From Callorhinchus milii (taxonomy: Eukaryota), in the NCBI RefSeq assembly GCF_018977255.1, contig NW_024704742.1:77936001-78000000 (forward strand): a stretch of DNA of 64,000 nt. The letters run 5' to 3'. The notes beneath the pieces were generated by a model. It had not been told where the DNA came from. It made no database searches and was given only the letters and a program-made list of their open reading frames with translations. The translations under genes were made by a program, and so were the position numbers. Of this stretch, positions 1-53,529 are shown piece after piece; the stretch's first letter is position 1, and each line of letters starts with the position of its first letter.

Positions 1-440
1 AACCCCGCAAACTTTGTACCCCCATCACCTCAATTCTTGCCAGACTCCACTGGCTCCCTATTGAAGCACTGATTGATTTCAGAACCTCACACTCGCATAC
101 AAATCACCTCAGGCCCTGGCACCTCCATACCTCTCTGACCTGTTTACATCCCACTTGTCTACCCTCCGCCTTCTTTCAGCTGGTTCCAGCCTCCTGCATG
201 TCCCTCGCTCTCTGCACTCCACCATCAGCAGCCATACTTTTAGCCACTATGGAACTCTTTGCTTCAATCAGTTGGCCTTGCCTCCTCCTTGCCCTTCTTT
301 AGATCACACCTGAAGACCTTTCTGTGATTGTTCCTCCTGTCACCTTCCCCCTCTCCCCAGTCACAAGCTCTGCCATCGTTAAGCATTCCGAGATGCTGCC
401 CTGCATGAAGGGCACTATAGAAATGCAAGTTTTTGTTGCT
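1..440 (+). mobile_element. Degraded L2-clade LINE 3' end
   Basis: CTCCACTGGCTCCC (LHWLP) motif and tail GGCACTATAGAAATGCAAGTTTTTGTTG. Confidence 0.75.
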
Positions 441-738
441 GCCTTGTACTATTGCAGACCTGTTTTTATCATTCGTGCCTTTGTGGAGCAAGATCAGCCC
501 ACAGGAGGATGTTTTATAAACGTGATACTTATTTTATGGGCCTTGAAAGGGCCAAGTGGACCCAATCCTGATCCTCATCCCAAGTCTGGTGCTCACTAAA
601 TCAGCTACCCACGAAATGTGAATCACAAGATTGTGAGGGAGTTCAAAGCATTGGTTTGACAATTCAATATTGAAACCACATTCGTACTTTTGTTTCAAGA
701 GACAAAAAACAGTTCTGACCTACTATTACACAGCTATC

Positions 739-744
739 TTTATT
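739..744 (-). terminator. Candidate distal polyadenylation signal of JAK2
   Basis: AATAAA on the minus strand at the end of an AU-rich block (about 740-1400), followed by a U/GU-rich tract (CTGTTTTTTGTCTC). Confidence 0.35.
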
Positions 745-2084
745 GAAATGTACCACAAAGCATTCCATCAAATTGCTATGCGCGTGCCTCTTTTATCATT
801 TCCCATCCAGTCCTGAACAAAAGTCATTATTCTCTTTTGTACATTTACAACTGAAAATGACAAAAAAAAAGCATCAAGATTACAAAGGCAAACATATTCA
901 GGTGTGATATACACAGTTTGGTTCAGCACTAATCAAAGAGGCAGTTGTAAAAATATCATTTTCTTTTTATTATTTTCTCAGACATTGCACACGAGATTAA
1001 AACATGTATAAAAATGACAAAATATGGAAAATGGACAATAGTTTACAAGCAATGCAAAATTCTGAAGCTTTCATTTGAAATTATTGAAACCCTGATTAAA
1101 GTAGTGAGTCAACAGCGGAGCACACAACTCGCTCTTATTCAGTCACAAAAATATATATATGTTTATCACAGTTTATGTATAAGTAACTTTTAATATAGTA
1201 TGACAAATACCACAATACTTTCTCTAATTTTAAAAAAATGCACTTTAAAAGTAAAGCTAAGTATGAAAACTTTTGTACAATCATTTTTTTCTATTAGAAA
1301 GGAGCATAAAATACCCTTATTTTACTCGGTAATTAAAGTTAGTTGTGAGTATTGCTCCCTTATAACTACAGTAAACTCCTGAAAACTCGACCCTGGCTTA
1401 ACTTGTCACTACCAATTAAGATATCATGCTGTCAATATCCTGGCTGCTTCCCATGCAAAATGTTAATAAGTGACTCCGCTTTATTTGTCACTCCACTTAA
1501 CTCACAAGTCGTCTCATTCTTGTAAGTACTTGCAATATAAAATTGATCAGATAAATAGACATATAAGATAGCATCTTGCATCGCAGAGGATCTCCTACCC
1601 TATCTTGTTAATGGTGTGGGTGCTCAGAGGAGAATGGGTGCACATTGCTCAGATGCATCACCAAGGCTTATTGGAGACCACGCCATAGCCTCCTGCCCCA
1701 CCATCTGCCCTATCCTGTAACAGGATAGGGATGGGAGGCCATGGCACAGGCTTCAAATAGACCAATACAATGCATCTGAGCCTGGGAGACCTATGCCTAA
1801 AGTCACCATTTCAGATAACTAATCGCTGAGCCCTTTCCTTGTAGTGACAAATTATCCAGTTTACTCTATTGTTTAGCATAAAGGCATCTTTAATAGTTAT
1901 GAGCAATTTGTGTCTGTATCAACAATGGGATTGTAGAATGCTAACCTGCTATCAGGATTATCCTCCAAATAATGCTACTCAGTTTACCATTAGTGTTGAG
2001 TTTCCAGATTGAAATGAAATCTTTGGTGTACCTCAAGAGCAAAATGAGCAGTTTTTGTCAGAATGAAAAGAACACAGTAGAAAA

Positions 2085-2290
2085 TTCTCCCAGTGTCCTG
2101 GCCAACAATCCCTCAAAATAAAAATCAGTCACTCGTTTCACACTGTTTGTGGGACATTGCTTTGAACAACTGGGCTACCACGTTCACCTACAAATATACA
2201 GTCATTTCACTTCACAGTAAATCCTATGAAGCGCTTTGGGACATTCTTCTGATGTGAAAGGGGCTATACCAAATGCAAGTATTATTATTT
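2085..2290 (+). mobile_element. SINE 3' half (shared L2-like tail)
   Basis: GTTTGTGGGACATTGC...GAAGCGCTTTGGGAC...AAATGCAAGTATTATT. Confidence 0.75.
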
Positions 2291-4189
2291 ACTTTTAACA
2301 CTTACAAACAGTTACTGATAGTCATGTATTTAACATCAGCACTTTTGTAACACCTCTCTTGCTAATATATTGCCTATGCTCTACTGTTCCATTTGGGGGA
2401 AAATTAGCATGATTTTGCCAATCCCTCCCAAATTTGCAATTTAGTGCTGGAGCCACATCTCTGGCAACATCCAGTCATTGTTTCAGGAAAAGTGTGTTCA
2501 TCATCATCCACATAAATGAAACGGGCACACATTGTGCTGTGGTCACTCATCTGAATTGAATAGCCTGGGAACCACAAACAGGATCTTATTTTTAAACTAT
2601 AAGGAACCAGTTGTATTATGCTAAAAACATATGATTTGGAATGTATCTTGCTTTGATACAATAAGTAAACCAACTCATTATTTTTTAAAATCTTGTTACT
2701 TGTCTTGTTACACAAATTCCAAATTCATTTTGCCTGCTACCAGACAAAAGTAGATCAGGTGCTGGCAGCATTTAAATGCCAGGCTTTAGTGTGACTTCTC
2801 TGACGTTACTATTACAGAGACACTGATGTAGGTAGCCAAATTGAGAATCTTCTCAGGCATCACTATAAAGGGGATGCAAGCCGAAGATTAGTGTGTTACA
2901 GAAGAAATGCCCACATCTTGAGATATAGGAAACACAAAGGCAAACAATACACATTCTGCACCACCAAAAACATTTTAGCTTCCAAAAAAAACTTCAGTCA
3001 AAAANGAACCTCCAACTCTTTAAAGGATTCATCTGGTCATGTTTCATTCTCTCACCCTTGGTGCTTTCACTTTAAGGCTAGGAATATGAACAATGTGGTA
3101 AGTGGAGCATTTCCCAAAACAAAACACTGCAATGATAACTGCTGATTCAATGAGGGTTTGCATAAATCTTATCTACTTCTGGGGATCCTTCACAATTTGG
3201 CTAATTGATAAGACATCAAACCTATCTAACATTCAGTATTATATACAATTTTATTATATATTTCCAGATGGTTATCCCATTCTTTGATTTTAGTTCCATC
3301 TGCCTTGTGATTTGGTTTGATGCCTGCTGTTGCTATTTCAAAGAAACATGCAATCTTTCTCCTCATTAACATATCTTATATTTCTCTCTGAATCTAAATG
3401 TGTGTTAATTGGCTAATCATTTCATTGTTGCTTATGGGACATTGCTAGCACACTTGCCTGTATAACATTCATTTCATTAATAATCAATTGTATATTTGTA
3501 AAGCTTTTTGAGATTTTTTTGATGGGAAAGATGCTATATAAATGCAAGTTATTATTATATTGCTCAATCAAGATTCTAAGATCTACTCAGCTGAACCTTA
3601 TGTTGCTGACTGATGTGAGTACTTTTAATGTAGCCACTATAAAGTAAGCTTGCAATCTCTTTCAAATGCATATAATATGAAAAGCAGAGTAGATGCCAAA
3701 ATCTGACCAACCAAAAACATAGAATTTCAAAATCTCACTTATCCACCTTAAAAGTACACAAAATGCAAAATGCTGCAGATGCTGGAAATCTGTTTCCAAA
3801 ATACTACAGATGCTGCAAATCTGTTTTTATTAAAAGCACTGTATACTTGTATATACAGTAACATTCAACTTACTTGAATCAATTGTTTACATGTTGTATC
3901 TTAAAGCTGTGAATATCAACACACATTTATTCCCCATGCAAAACAGCAAAAGAAAAATAACTTTTACACTTTAAATAATGTAAACGCTCTTTAATTTTCT
4001 TCAATTATATGGAAGTGCACATAGTCCATTCAGCTAGTTGTGCTGAGTACTATTTTAATTAGGCACCGCTAGAAAATCATACAGGAATCTCAACAGATCT
4101 GTACTTGGAGATAGGACAGGGGAAGGGAAGCGTGAACAAATGAACTCAACAATCAATACAAAAGACGTTGCATCATGTGTCTAATCTTA

Positions 4190-4395
4190 AACAACAACAA
4201 CAAGATTACATTTGTATAGCGCCTTTCACGTCGGGAGGACGCCCCAAGGCGCAGAACAGAGCATTTCAATCCTGGGGGGGGGGGGGGGAGAAGGGAGGGG
4301 AGGGGAAGGGGGGTGGCCAATGGCATGGTCGAAGAGGAGGGTTTTGAGGCGGGACTTGAAGGAGGCTAAGGAGGGGGCGAGGCCAAACGTTTGAA
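4190..4395 (-). mobile_element. L2-clade LINE 3' terminal fragment
   Basis: Encodes LAPSLASFKSRLKTLLF; tail GACGTGAAAGGCGCTATACAAATGTAATC(TTG)n. Confidence 0.85.
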
Positions 4396-6926
4396 ATGTC
4401 TCCAAATAGAAATTGAACACCTTTATCAGCCACAGGGGCAAACTGAGCATAACCCTCCACTGATGGCTACTGCTGCCAATAGTTTCTCCTAGCAGTCAGA
4501 AAGTTATTAATCTATACACCACACCACCAACCAATTAGACACGGGCAGCAGTTGAAAACAGGCAAATTAGCAATCATTTTATATGGAATCAAAATAATTA
4601 ATGTACAGGGATTATAGTTTAAAGCCATATAACATGAAAGTAACAATATTTCCAAATCATTATAGCTGCACTTCAGTTACAGTTTATTTATCTAACGGTG
4701 AGTAACCTGGGGCAGACATCATTGTCAAAGTGTAAGCAGGTGCTAATTTGTTTTATGGGATGGTCTGAGAGATGGAGAGAGCTGCTGATAAACACAGTAC
4801 AGCATCCAGCTATTGCCCACTGACAGCATTCCTCCACCTTAGAGGTAGACTTTGAAAGAGTTACACCCTAAAGTCATAGTATCACATAATGTCAAGGAGC
4901 AAAAGTAGCTTTGCTTGAGTGTACAGTGGCAGCCTAAAGTGCTGAGCGCAAAATCCAAAGGTGTCAAGGGTAAAGCGACAGCATAAAGTGCTAAGGAGAC
5001 AGCGTAAAGTGCCTGGCGCCCAGGGTAAAGGTGTAGCATGAAATTTAATCAATAGCGGCAGCCTAAGAACATTGGGTGCACATTGTTGCATACAAATTTC
5101 ACACAAGCATAGGATGTCAGGTTACTCACAAATTAAAAGTGACTAAAGAATTTGAATGTATGGCTCAATGTGTAAAATGCTCCATTGCCTAGAAATCAGT
5201 GGGTGCTTGTACTGTACGTGGTTTTCATGTAGTACTATGAAGCATCCCAGATTATTGGCCCTCAGCCTGATGTTAGTTCTGTGCCTAACTAGCACTTGCT
5301 GATTAGCACTTGCTGATTTTACTGCAGATCCCATGAACAGGTAGATAATGTCCAGGTGAAAACAGAACTTTGGAATTAAGAGTCTGAAGTAAAGTAAAAA
5401 AACTGGGAAGCCTTTTCTACAATTTGTCAACCTCTGATGAGAGGCAATAAACTAGAACACAATCACCAAAAATTCTCTTGCTGCTCGTACAGATATGCAG
5501 CAAATGGGTGTCTACATTCAGTAGTTTGGAAGTGTATACAAATTTTTTAAAAATCACAAACATCATGGATAAATGACATTTAAACAAACAATAAACAAAG
5601 TTGTTGGTCCTTGTCTATTTACATTTTTGTTGCATCACAAGACTCACTGAAGAATAATTTTCTATTGAGATCTGGGGAGTTTGCATGTTATCTGATGCAC
5701 GTGACTTTAGGGATGAGGTTCTACCAAATGAAGGTGTGAACACCTGTGGCTTAAGCAAAGCATCTGGCATGAGCGGTAGCTCTCCCTTGTAAAAATATAC
5801 CCGACAGGTCCTGAAGCACTTTAGCTAAAGTGCAGCAGACACCTTTCTGCTATTGAGGCAGTCTAAATTGGGGGGGGGGGGGGGGGGGTGAGTCAATGAA
5901 ACACAACTACTGTTACAATATAATACAATGGCTACAAAATTCGGCATTGCTGGACAACATGCCAGATGCACAGAATGCAATCGGTAGGTTTTAATTTCTA
6001 GAATTGGGTGTGAATTACGGTTACTTCAAGGCATTACGGGAGCATCAGTAATTCCCAGAAATATGCACTATTGGCAATGCATGGACCTCCGTGTTTGGTT
6101 TAGGCACTTGGGTTTTAATCACCTGCCCAAAACAAGTGTGCACTGATCCTCATCTTTTCTGTCACTGCTAAAAACGGATATCACTGTATTCACATTAGAG
6201 CACTTAACAAAGAGCTCCTTCTCCTAATTAGTTAGCCTTTTAATACAGTAAAGTTAATATTAGCCCACAGCACGGTTACCCATCTACATTCCTACTATTT
6301 TTGTTTTACATTCTAATACATGATGGATGCAAACAAACTTTGCTATGCAGCATAGAGAATTAACTCTATAAAGGAATTACCTGTTAAAGCAGATTTTTGT
6401 TACAAAGATGACAGAATTACTTTTCTTTAAAAATTCTTGTAACGTTCTTGAACCAGTTGTGCAATTATACATTGGACAGATGATACAATATTGTACATTC
6501 AGAACTGAAGGCCATTTCGTATTCATTACAAAGAAAAGTTCCCAGTATTGATTTGACATAAGACTATATTTTGTATGAAGCGTTACCTCACTTAGGCACA
6601 CCAACTACCACTATAAACACCTGCAACAACACAGTCCTTTGTAACCGACCTTGACGTGGGCAAAAATGGCACAGCTACAAAGCCTTTGGATTGCTATTGC
6701 TGAAACTATGACTTAGAATACGTAACAACAGTTTATCCTGGTTGACCACCGCTCCATTGTAGAACTATCTTCATCTGGTAAAAAAACATCCAAAATGACC
6801 ATGGTTCAACATGATGGGTGTCCCCTCAATTTGGATTAGTGTCCAGGAGCTGATGTTGTGTCAGCTTCACATTGGAAAGCAGCAATTTTACATGGACAAG
6901 GGCACTTGGTTGAAATTCCCACACAT

Positions 6927-47567
<40,641 letters not shown>

Positions 47568-48789
47568 CTTAACGGTTTCTTGTGAAGTTATGCAAGCTTT
47601 AATTTTTCACCTCACAACTGCAAAGAGAGGGAGAAAAACAGGTATAAATAATTTAGAATTAAAATACATTCATTTTAATGTAGCCTCATATTGAAGGTCG
47701 ATTGGCAAACTGTTTCTTTCCACTGCTATCACCCGCCAGGTTTCATCTTTCAATAATAAGAGGGGATAACCAGGGTTAAATAATCAACACTATTCTATGA
47801 GTAGCTGACGCATGCTTTACATTGGAGAAACAGTGCTGGATCTGACAATTATCACTTCTCCCCTTCCCCGAAATGGAGTCCTTCATTTGGCAGCCCACGC
47901 CAGCCAAATCAGATGCTATTGCTCAACATAGAGGGCATCAAGATCAGTTGACACTTTGGTCTTGGAGTTGAGCACAGACAGTACTGTTGTTGAAGTGACC
48001 AGAATGCACATACCCGCAAAATAAAAATCATGAGACTTTTTGTGAAAGGGGGGGTGGAGGGAACTGCAACAGCAACTTGTAGTGACAATGAACGATAGGT
48101 TAACATTTGACCAAACATATTCAGTGATGCCAGTGACTTCTTGCAAAGCATCCGAGTGATTTCCAGGAATCAAAAAGCAGCACTGCTCTACTTCTTATTG
48201 TAGTGAGTAAATCATCAGACTCATCAGAAAACTCATCAGAAAACAACTGAAGGTGGACATTACACTTCTGGATATTATGCGACAACAATGCTGAATTTAC
48301 AGCACCTTCAGCCGCACAAGCACCAACACAAAAGGCAATTCTGATGCAGAATTTCCCGCAAAAGTCACATATTCAAGATCATGCATGTCCCTCCTATCGA
48401 GTGGATTTTTACAAACATTTCTGCAGTTTCACCATGGACAGTTTTAATGATAATAATCCTTGCATTTTATACAGTACCTTATCACATCATTGAGATGTCT
48501 CAAAATGCTTCACAGAATATATTTTAAAGTGAATTGACAATATTTGGTCAATAATTATAATTAAATAATTATAATTATTATTGTCAAAATTTTATAATTA
48601 TTTAACTATAATTATTGAATGAACAATTATAATAATTGTTTTTCCCATTAAAGGCTCTGTATTTACTATGTTGGCTGCTGCACAAATCCACAAGACTGAC
48701 CCAGAGCATCTTCCAGAGACAAGTAGCTGCCCATCTCTTCCCAACTAAAACGAGCATGAGCAACAGTAATAATCCTTACATTTTAATAT

Positions 48790-48965
48790 CCATCTGAGCA
48801 GGCAGACGGCACCCCAATTTATCATCTCATCCAAAAAATGACACCTCCAACGATGCACTGGATTGTTAGCCTGGTCTGTGAGATCAAAATCGTTGATGTG
48901 GGGCTTGAACCCACAACCTTCTGACTCAGAGGAGAGGGTGGTACCAACTAAGTCAGGCTGACACT
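48790..48965 (-). mobile_element. DeuSINE-like SINE 5' half
   Basis: Reverse complement of CTGAGTCAGAAGGTTGTGGGTTCAAGCCCCAC. Confidence 0.82.
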
Positions 48966-49183
48966 GTGAAAAATGTGAATTCAGAACAGATTTGCTTTAA
49001 CAATTATTATGAAAACTTTAGTGCACAATTGTCAACTAGCTTTAGGTTAGGAGGGTCGACCTAACACCTAAAGCTAGATGTGATGCCTCTATTCACAACT
49101 GTTTGACTACCATCATAAATACCTGCTCAGGGATAGAGATTCAAGAATATCTGATTGACACATTTTAGTGCTGGTAACAGGAT

Positions 49184-49556
49184 AGAGTTCCATAGAGTAG
49201 TGGTTAGAGCACTCGCATCGCAAGCGAGAGAACCAGGGTTCGAATCCCGGGCAGGACAAAACCTCAGGCAAGTTTCCTTACTCTACACGCCTCTGTTTAC
49301 CGAGCAGTAAGTAGGAATCTGGTTGTCAGTTGATTGGCAGATCACTTTCTGGGGGTAACAGGCCCTTCAAAAAATAAAATCAAAAAATGGTGCTCAATCC
49401 ACAACTCTTTGTGGGACACTGCTGTCCACAATTGGCTGCCATATTTCACTCCCAAAATATACAGTCAATTCACTTTACAGTATATTCTGTGAAGCACTTT
49501 GAGACGTCTCAATGACATGATAAAGCGCTAAAGCAAATGCAAGGAGTATTATTATT
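49184..49556 (+). mobile_element. tRNA-SINE, long subfamily, full length
   Basis: B box GGTTCGAATCCC; middle GCCTCTGTTTACCGAGCAGTAAGTAGGAA; tail. Confidence 0.9.
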
Positions 49557-50534
49557 GAGTTAAGTCAGTATCCTATTTGTCGCAGCAAAAATATGCTGCT
49601 TTCTGCAATCAGGATGAAGAAAATCTTCCACCCTGACCATTGTGCCAAAGTCAGGGGTAGGGTGTTCAGAACTGAAAACAATTGATATCTAAAACTCTGA
49701 CTCTTAACCAGCTGAATAGGATAATTTCACCGAATCGGTTCTCAGTGCAATATCACATCAAATCTTGTTATGAAATATTGCAATTTTCACTCAATTATAT
49801 GAGAGGAACTTACAGCTGGACAGAAGCTTTCTTTCACTCGATACAACAACAACAAGATTCCATTTATAGAGCGCCTTTCACGTCGGGAGGACGTCCCGAC
49901 GATATTGAGAACATAACACAATAGCAACTTGCATTTACATAGCTCCCTTCATGTATAGTGTCCTGGAGTGCTTGATGCTCACAAAATCACAAGATCACAT
50001 AATTTGTTCGGCCGCTTGGGGCCTTTTTACTATTTCATTCTTCCACAATACTAACTGTTAACTCTATCATCTTCACAGTAACAGCATTGAGCTGTTTTTT
50101 TTTAAATTGACCGTTCCTGGCAACCTATACCAGTCAATAATTACCCTCTGTCCTACAATTGCCTTTTACAACTCCAAACCTATGTCTTTGGCATATTTGA
50201 GAATATCAAAGCACTAATGCTAATATTCTATCCTTGTGGTTCAATATTATTCCTACGGTAATAATCATTACATTAGATATTGCACCTTTCATGTTAGGAG
50301 GTCAGCTCAGAGTTTCACAGGATATGGTGTAAAGTCTGTCATCTCCTTTTCCTGTATTGTGGTCTCTTTTTCAATTGTTCTTTTAGTTATACCTCCTGGA
50401 TGAATCGACTCCTTTGTTTTACTGAGGTACGGTTCCACTGATAAGCCAGCCCGTCCAAGTGTTCATTATTTATTGTGCAAAGGGTTTCCCAGCTATTTAA
50501 CCACTGGAGATTTCACAATTGAGCCTCTCACCTG

Positions 50535-50830
50535 ACATCAGCTCAGTTGGAAGGATTCTCACCTCTGAGTCAGAACTTTGTGGGATCAGGCCCCACATCA
50601 GGACTTTGAACTAGGCTGGGGAGTACAGAACTGGGTTGGAGGTGCCGTCCTTCGGATGGGACAATAAACCAAGGTCTTGTCCACTAGTTAAGGTGGAAGT
50701 TAAAGTTCCCATGACATGTATAATAAAAGAGAAGCAAGTTTTTCTTCTTTTGCTGGCCAACATGTCGCAAAATAAAATTAGTCAGTGCCCCTCATGGCTG
50801 TTTGTAGGGTGTTGCAGAGTGTAAACTGGT
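50535..50830 (+). mobile_element. DeuSINE-like SINE
   Basis: GCTCAGTTGG...CTCTGAGTCAGAA...GGAGGTGCCGTCCTTCGGATG. Confidence 0.78.
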
Positions 50831-51967
50831 TTCTGCATACTAGGTCATGGTGCAACAAGTCCAGAAACAGACAGGTAATAGTACTCATGCCTTAGAGCCG
50901 CTATCAACAATAATAAACTCTTTGCTTAGGTTTTTGTTTCAAACTTCAAATATATAAATGCAATAAAAAATACGGGGTTAGCTTGCTTATGAAACCACAG
51001 GATATTTTCCATCCAAAAGAGGAAGAAAGATAAAAGGCAGCAAAACTATATTAATGCCTTTTCTCCTTCTTCCACATAGACCAGTTAATTGAACAGAGCC
51101 ACAACACAACTAAGGATATGAAGCAGGAAAAACATATAGTGCATTTACCTTGGTTACAGTTGGGTTAGGAAGTGTAAAGGCTGAGAAGTTTGTATTCAAG
51201 AGATTACCTTATATGCTACACATACTCACCCACAAAATATAGTCAATTCACTTTATAGTATATTATGTGAAGCACTTTGAGACATCTCAAAGAGGTGATA
51301 AAGCGCTATATCAAATGCAAGGATTATTATTATCTTCATAAGAAACAACACTAAACATTTTACATCTGAGATATTGGATCACTGCTAAATCGAGTACGAT
51401 TCATAGTTTTATCCATAACTCAGACATCAGCTAAAACAGCTGATGAACGGCAATGTTTTGGCTGGTACGTCTCCATCTGTACTCCAGTACAATCTGTGGG
51501 CTCCACAAGCCTTGGCTCCTGCACCTAATAATCTCCAGATATATGCAATTGTGGCGCTGCAGGGAGAGAGGAACATTCCATTTCAGACATGGGAAATTTT
51601 CCGTGTGTAGATGGAACACATATGTGTGTACACACTTTCAAGCTTGATTGGATACTCTAAAGCATGTTTTTGCATATTTCAGACATATGGCTGACAAAAA
51701 AAATTGCTTGACAGCACACACAGTGTTATACGTGTTAGGAATTTATTTTGGTTTCATTTGTCTTAGGGAGTCGGGTTAGAAGCTGAGAAATTCTTTGCAC
51801 TCGGAAGAGGACTGAATCCAAGTAGTTTTGGCGCTGAAGAAATTATGCTGTGGTGTTAAACAAAGTGCAGTAACAAAAATTTCAAAGTTCCTTACATCCT
51901 TTCTTAAGGCTGAACTAGAGTAAATTACAAATAAAGACGTCCAGCTTCTTCTGCTCACTATAATTGA

Positions 51968-52313
51968 AGTGAGAGGACCGAGGTTCGATTCCCAGGCAGG
52001 GCAAAATCTTAGGCAAGTTTCCTTACTCCACACGCCTCTATTTACCAAGCAGTAAGTAGGAACCCAGTTGTTCATCGATTAGTGGGATTGCTTTCTGTGG
52101 GTGGTAAGTCCTTCAAAAAATAAATAAATAATAAATAAATAAGAATTTGGTCACTCAAACCACGACTGTTTGTGAGATGCTGCTGTGCAAACTTGGCTGA
52201 TGTTTCACACACAAATATACAGTGAATTCACTTTACAGTAAATTCTGTTAAGCGCTTTGAGACGTCTCAATATGATAAGGTACTATATGAAATGCAATGA
52301 TTGGTATTATTAT
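51968..52313 (+). mobile_element. tRNA-SINE, long subfamily
   Basis: GGTTCGATTCCCAGGCAGGGC...GCCTCTATTTACCAAGCAGTAAGTAGGAACC...tail. Confidence 0.88.
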
Positions 52314-53119
52314 ATACCAAGGCAGCAGATGTACTTTGTCTTGAGTCCAGTTGGAGACTGCGATTGACAGCTTGTGGGGAGTCAACGAAAAGTAAAAGTA
52401 AACAAAATTGCAATTATACATACATGTTTGTGATATCATTTCATATATACACGTTCATGTTCATTTTCATAACATGTTACGTATAAACGCTAGTAAAATA
52501 CAAAGATGCATTTAACATATGAGTTTAGCCCCATTGAGTGGCAGAAGGTTACAGCTGTTCAGTTGTCTAATCTTCAGGAGATGCATGTTGCAGACTGATA
52601 TGCCAGAAAGACTGGTTGTTTACTGTGGTTTACATACTTTCCCCTCCCCCTCCCGTTCAACGGTCAAACTGATAAGTGCAACCCTCTTGCTTATTTTTCA
52701 GTGCTCTCTTGTTTTGTTTGGATGAGCTGAATAATCATGACAAACGTTATGAAATCATTCGATTCTCAATCTTGCGTCACTTTCTTAGTTTGTTGTTCTC
52801 AATCTCGAGTCTTAGTGTAAGATTCCTTCTTTACAAAACCAGTCTGGCAAACCAGTGAACACGTTAACACGTTGCCTTCTCATCTGTGGCGACCTGCATT
52901 GAATCTTACACAACAAAGGACTTTCACCTCCACCAGATTTAAAGGTGCTACAGTAAATGTGAAGTCTCAATCAGTCAATAAGAACTTAAGAATGCAGGTT
53001 TATCAAAAGTTACATTGATTTTCAGTTCTTTTCTGTCTGCCCCCTCCCACTAACTGCACATTCATACTGGATACTTCTCTAAAACTAGTGTACGAAATGG
53101 AAAAACAAATACAAGAATA

Positions 53120-53405
53120 CAAAATTACACTTGTAAAGTGCCTTTCACGTCAGGAGGATGTCCCAAGGTGCTGGACAGACAGAGATTTGGACCTGAACTG
53201 AGGGCTGGGTTCAAGGAGGGTGGAGAGCAGCTGAAGGCATAGTCAAAGAGGAGGGTATTGAAATGCACCTTGAAGGAAGCAAGGGAGGGAGCAAGACAAA
53301 GGGAATGTGGGATGGAATTCCAAAAGATGGGGGCAGAAAGGTGGAAGGCCTGACCGCCGATGGTGGGGCGGGCCAGGAGGGGCACGTAGAACAGGCCGGA
53401 GTGGC
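53120..53405 (-). mobile_element. L2-clade 3' fragment
   Basis: RPTIGGQAF.LSAP.FWNSIP..L.LAPSLASFK. Confidence 0.88.
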
Positions 53406-53529
53406 AATGTTACAGTAAGTGAGTGTTCTGCATCAAATGCAAGGATCATTAATTATTTAAAGAATACCATATTGTACCGATAGGAGGACTGGTAGCCCAG
53501 TGGCTAATAAAGATGATCGGGTTTAAATA

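Noticed and set aside
5869..5888. Long G/C homopolymers (also about 4275, 11820 and 57155) as functional G-quadruplexes
   Set aside because: They are simple runs of uncertain length, several inside L2 3' UTRs, with no supporting evidence of function.
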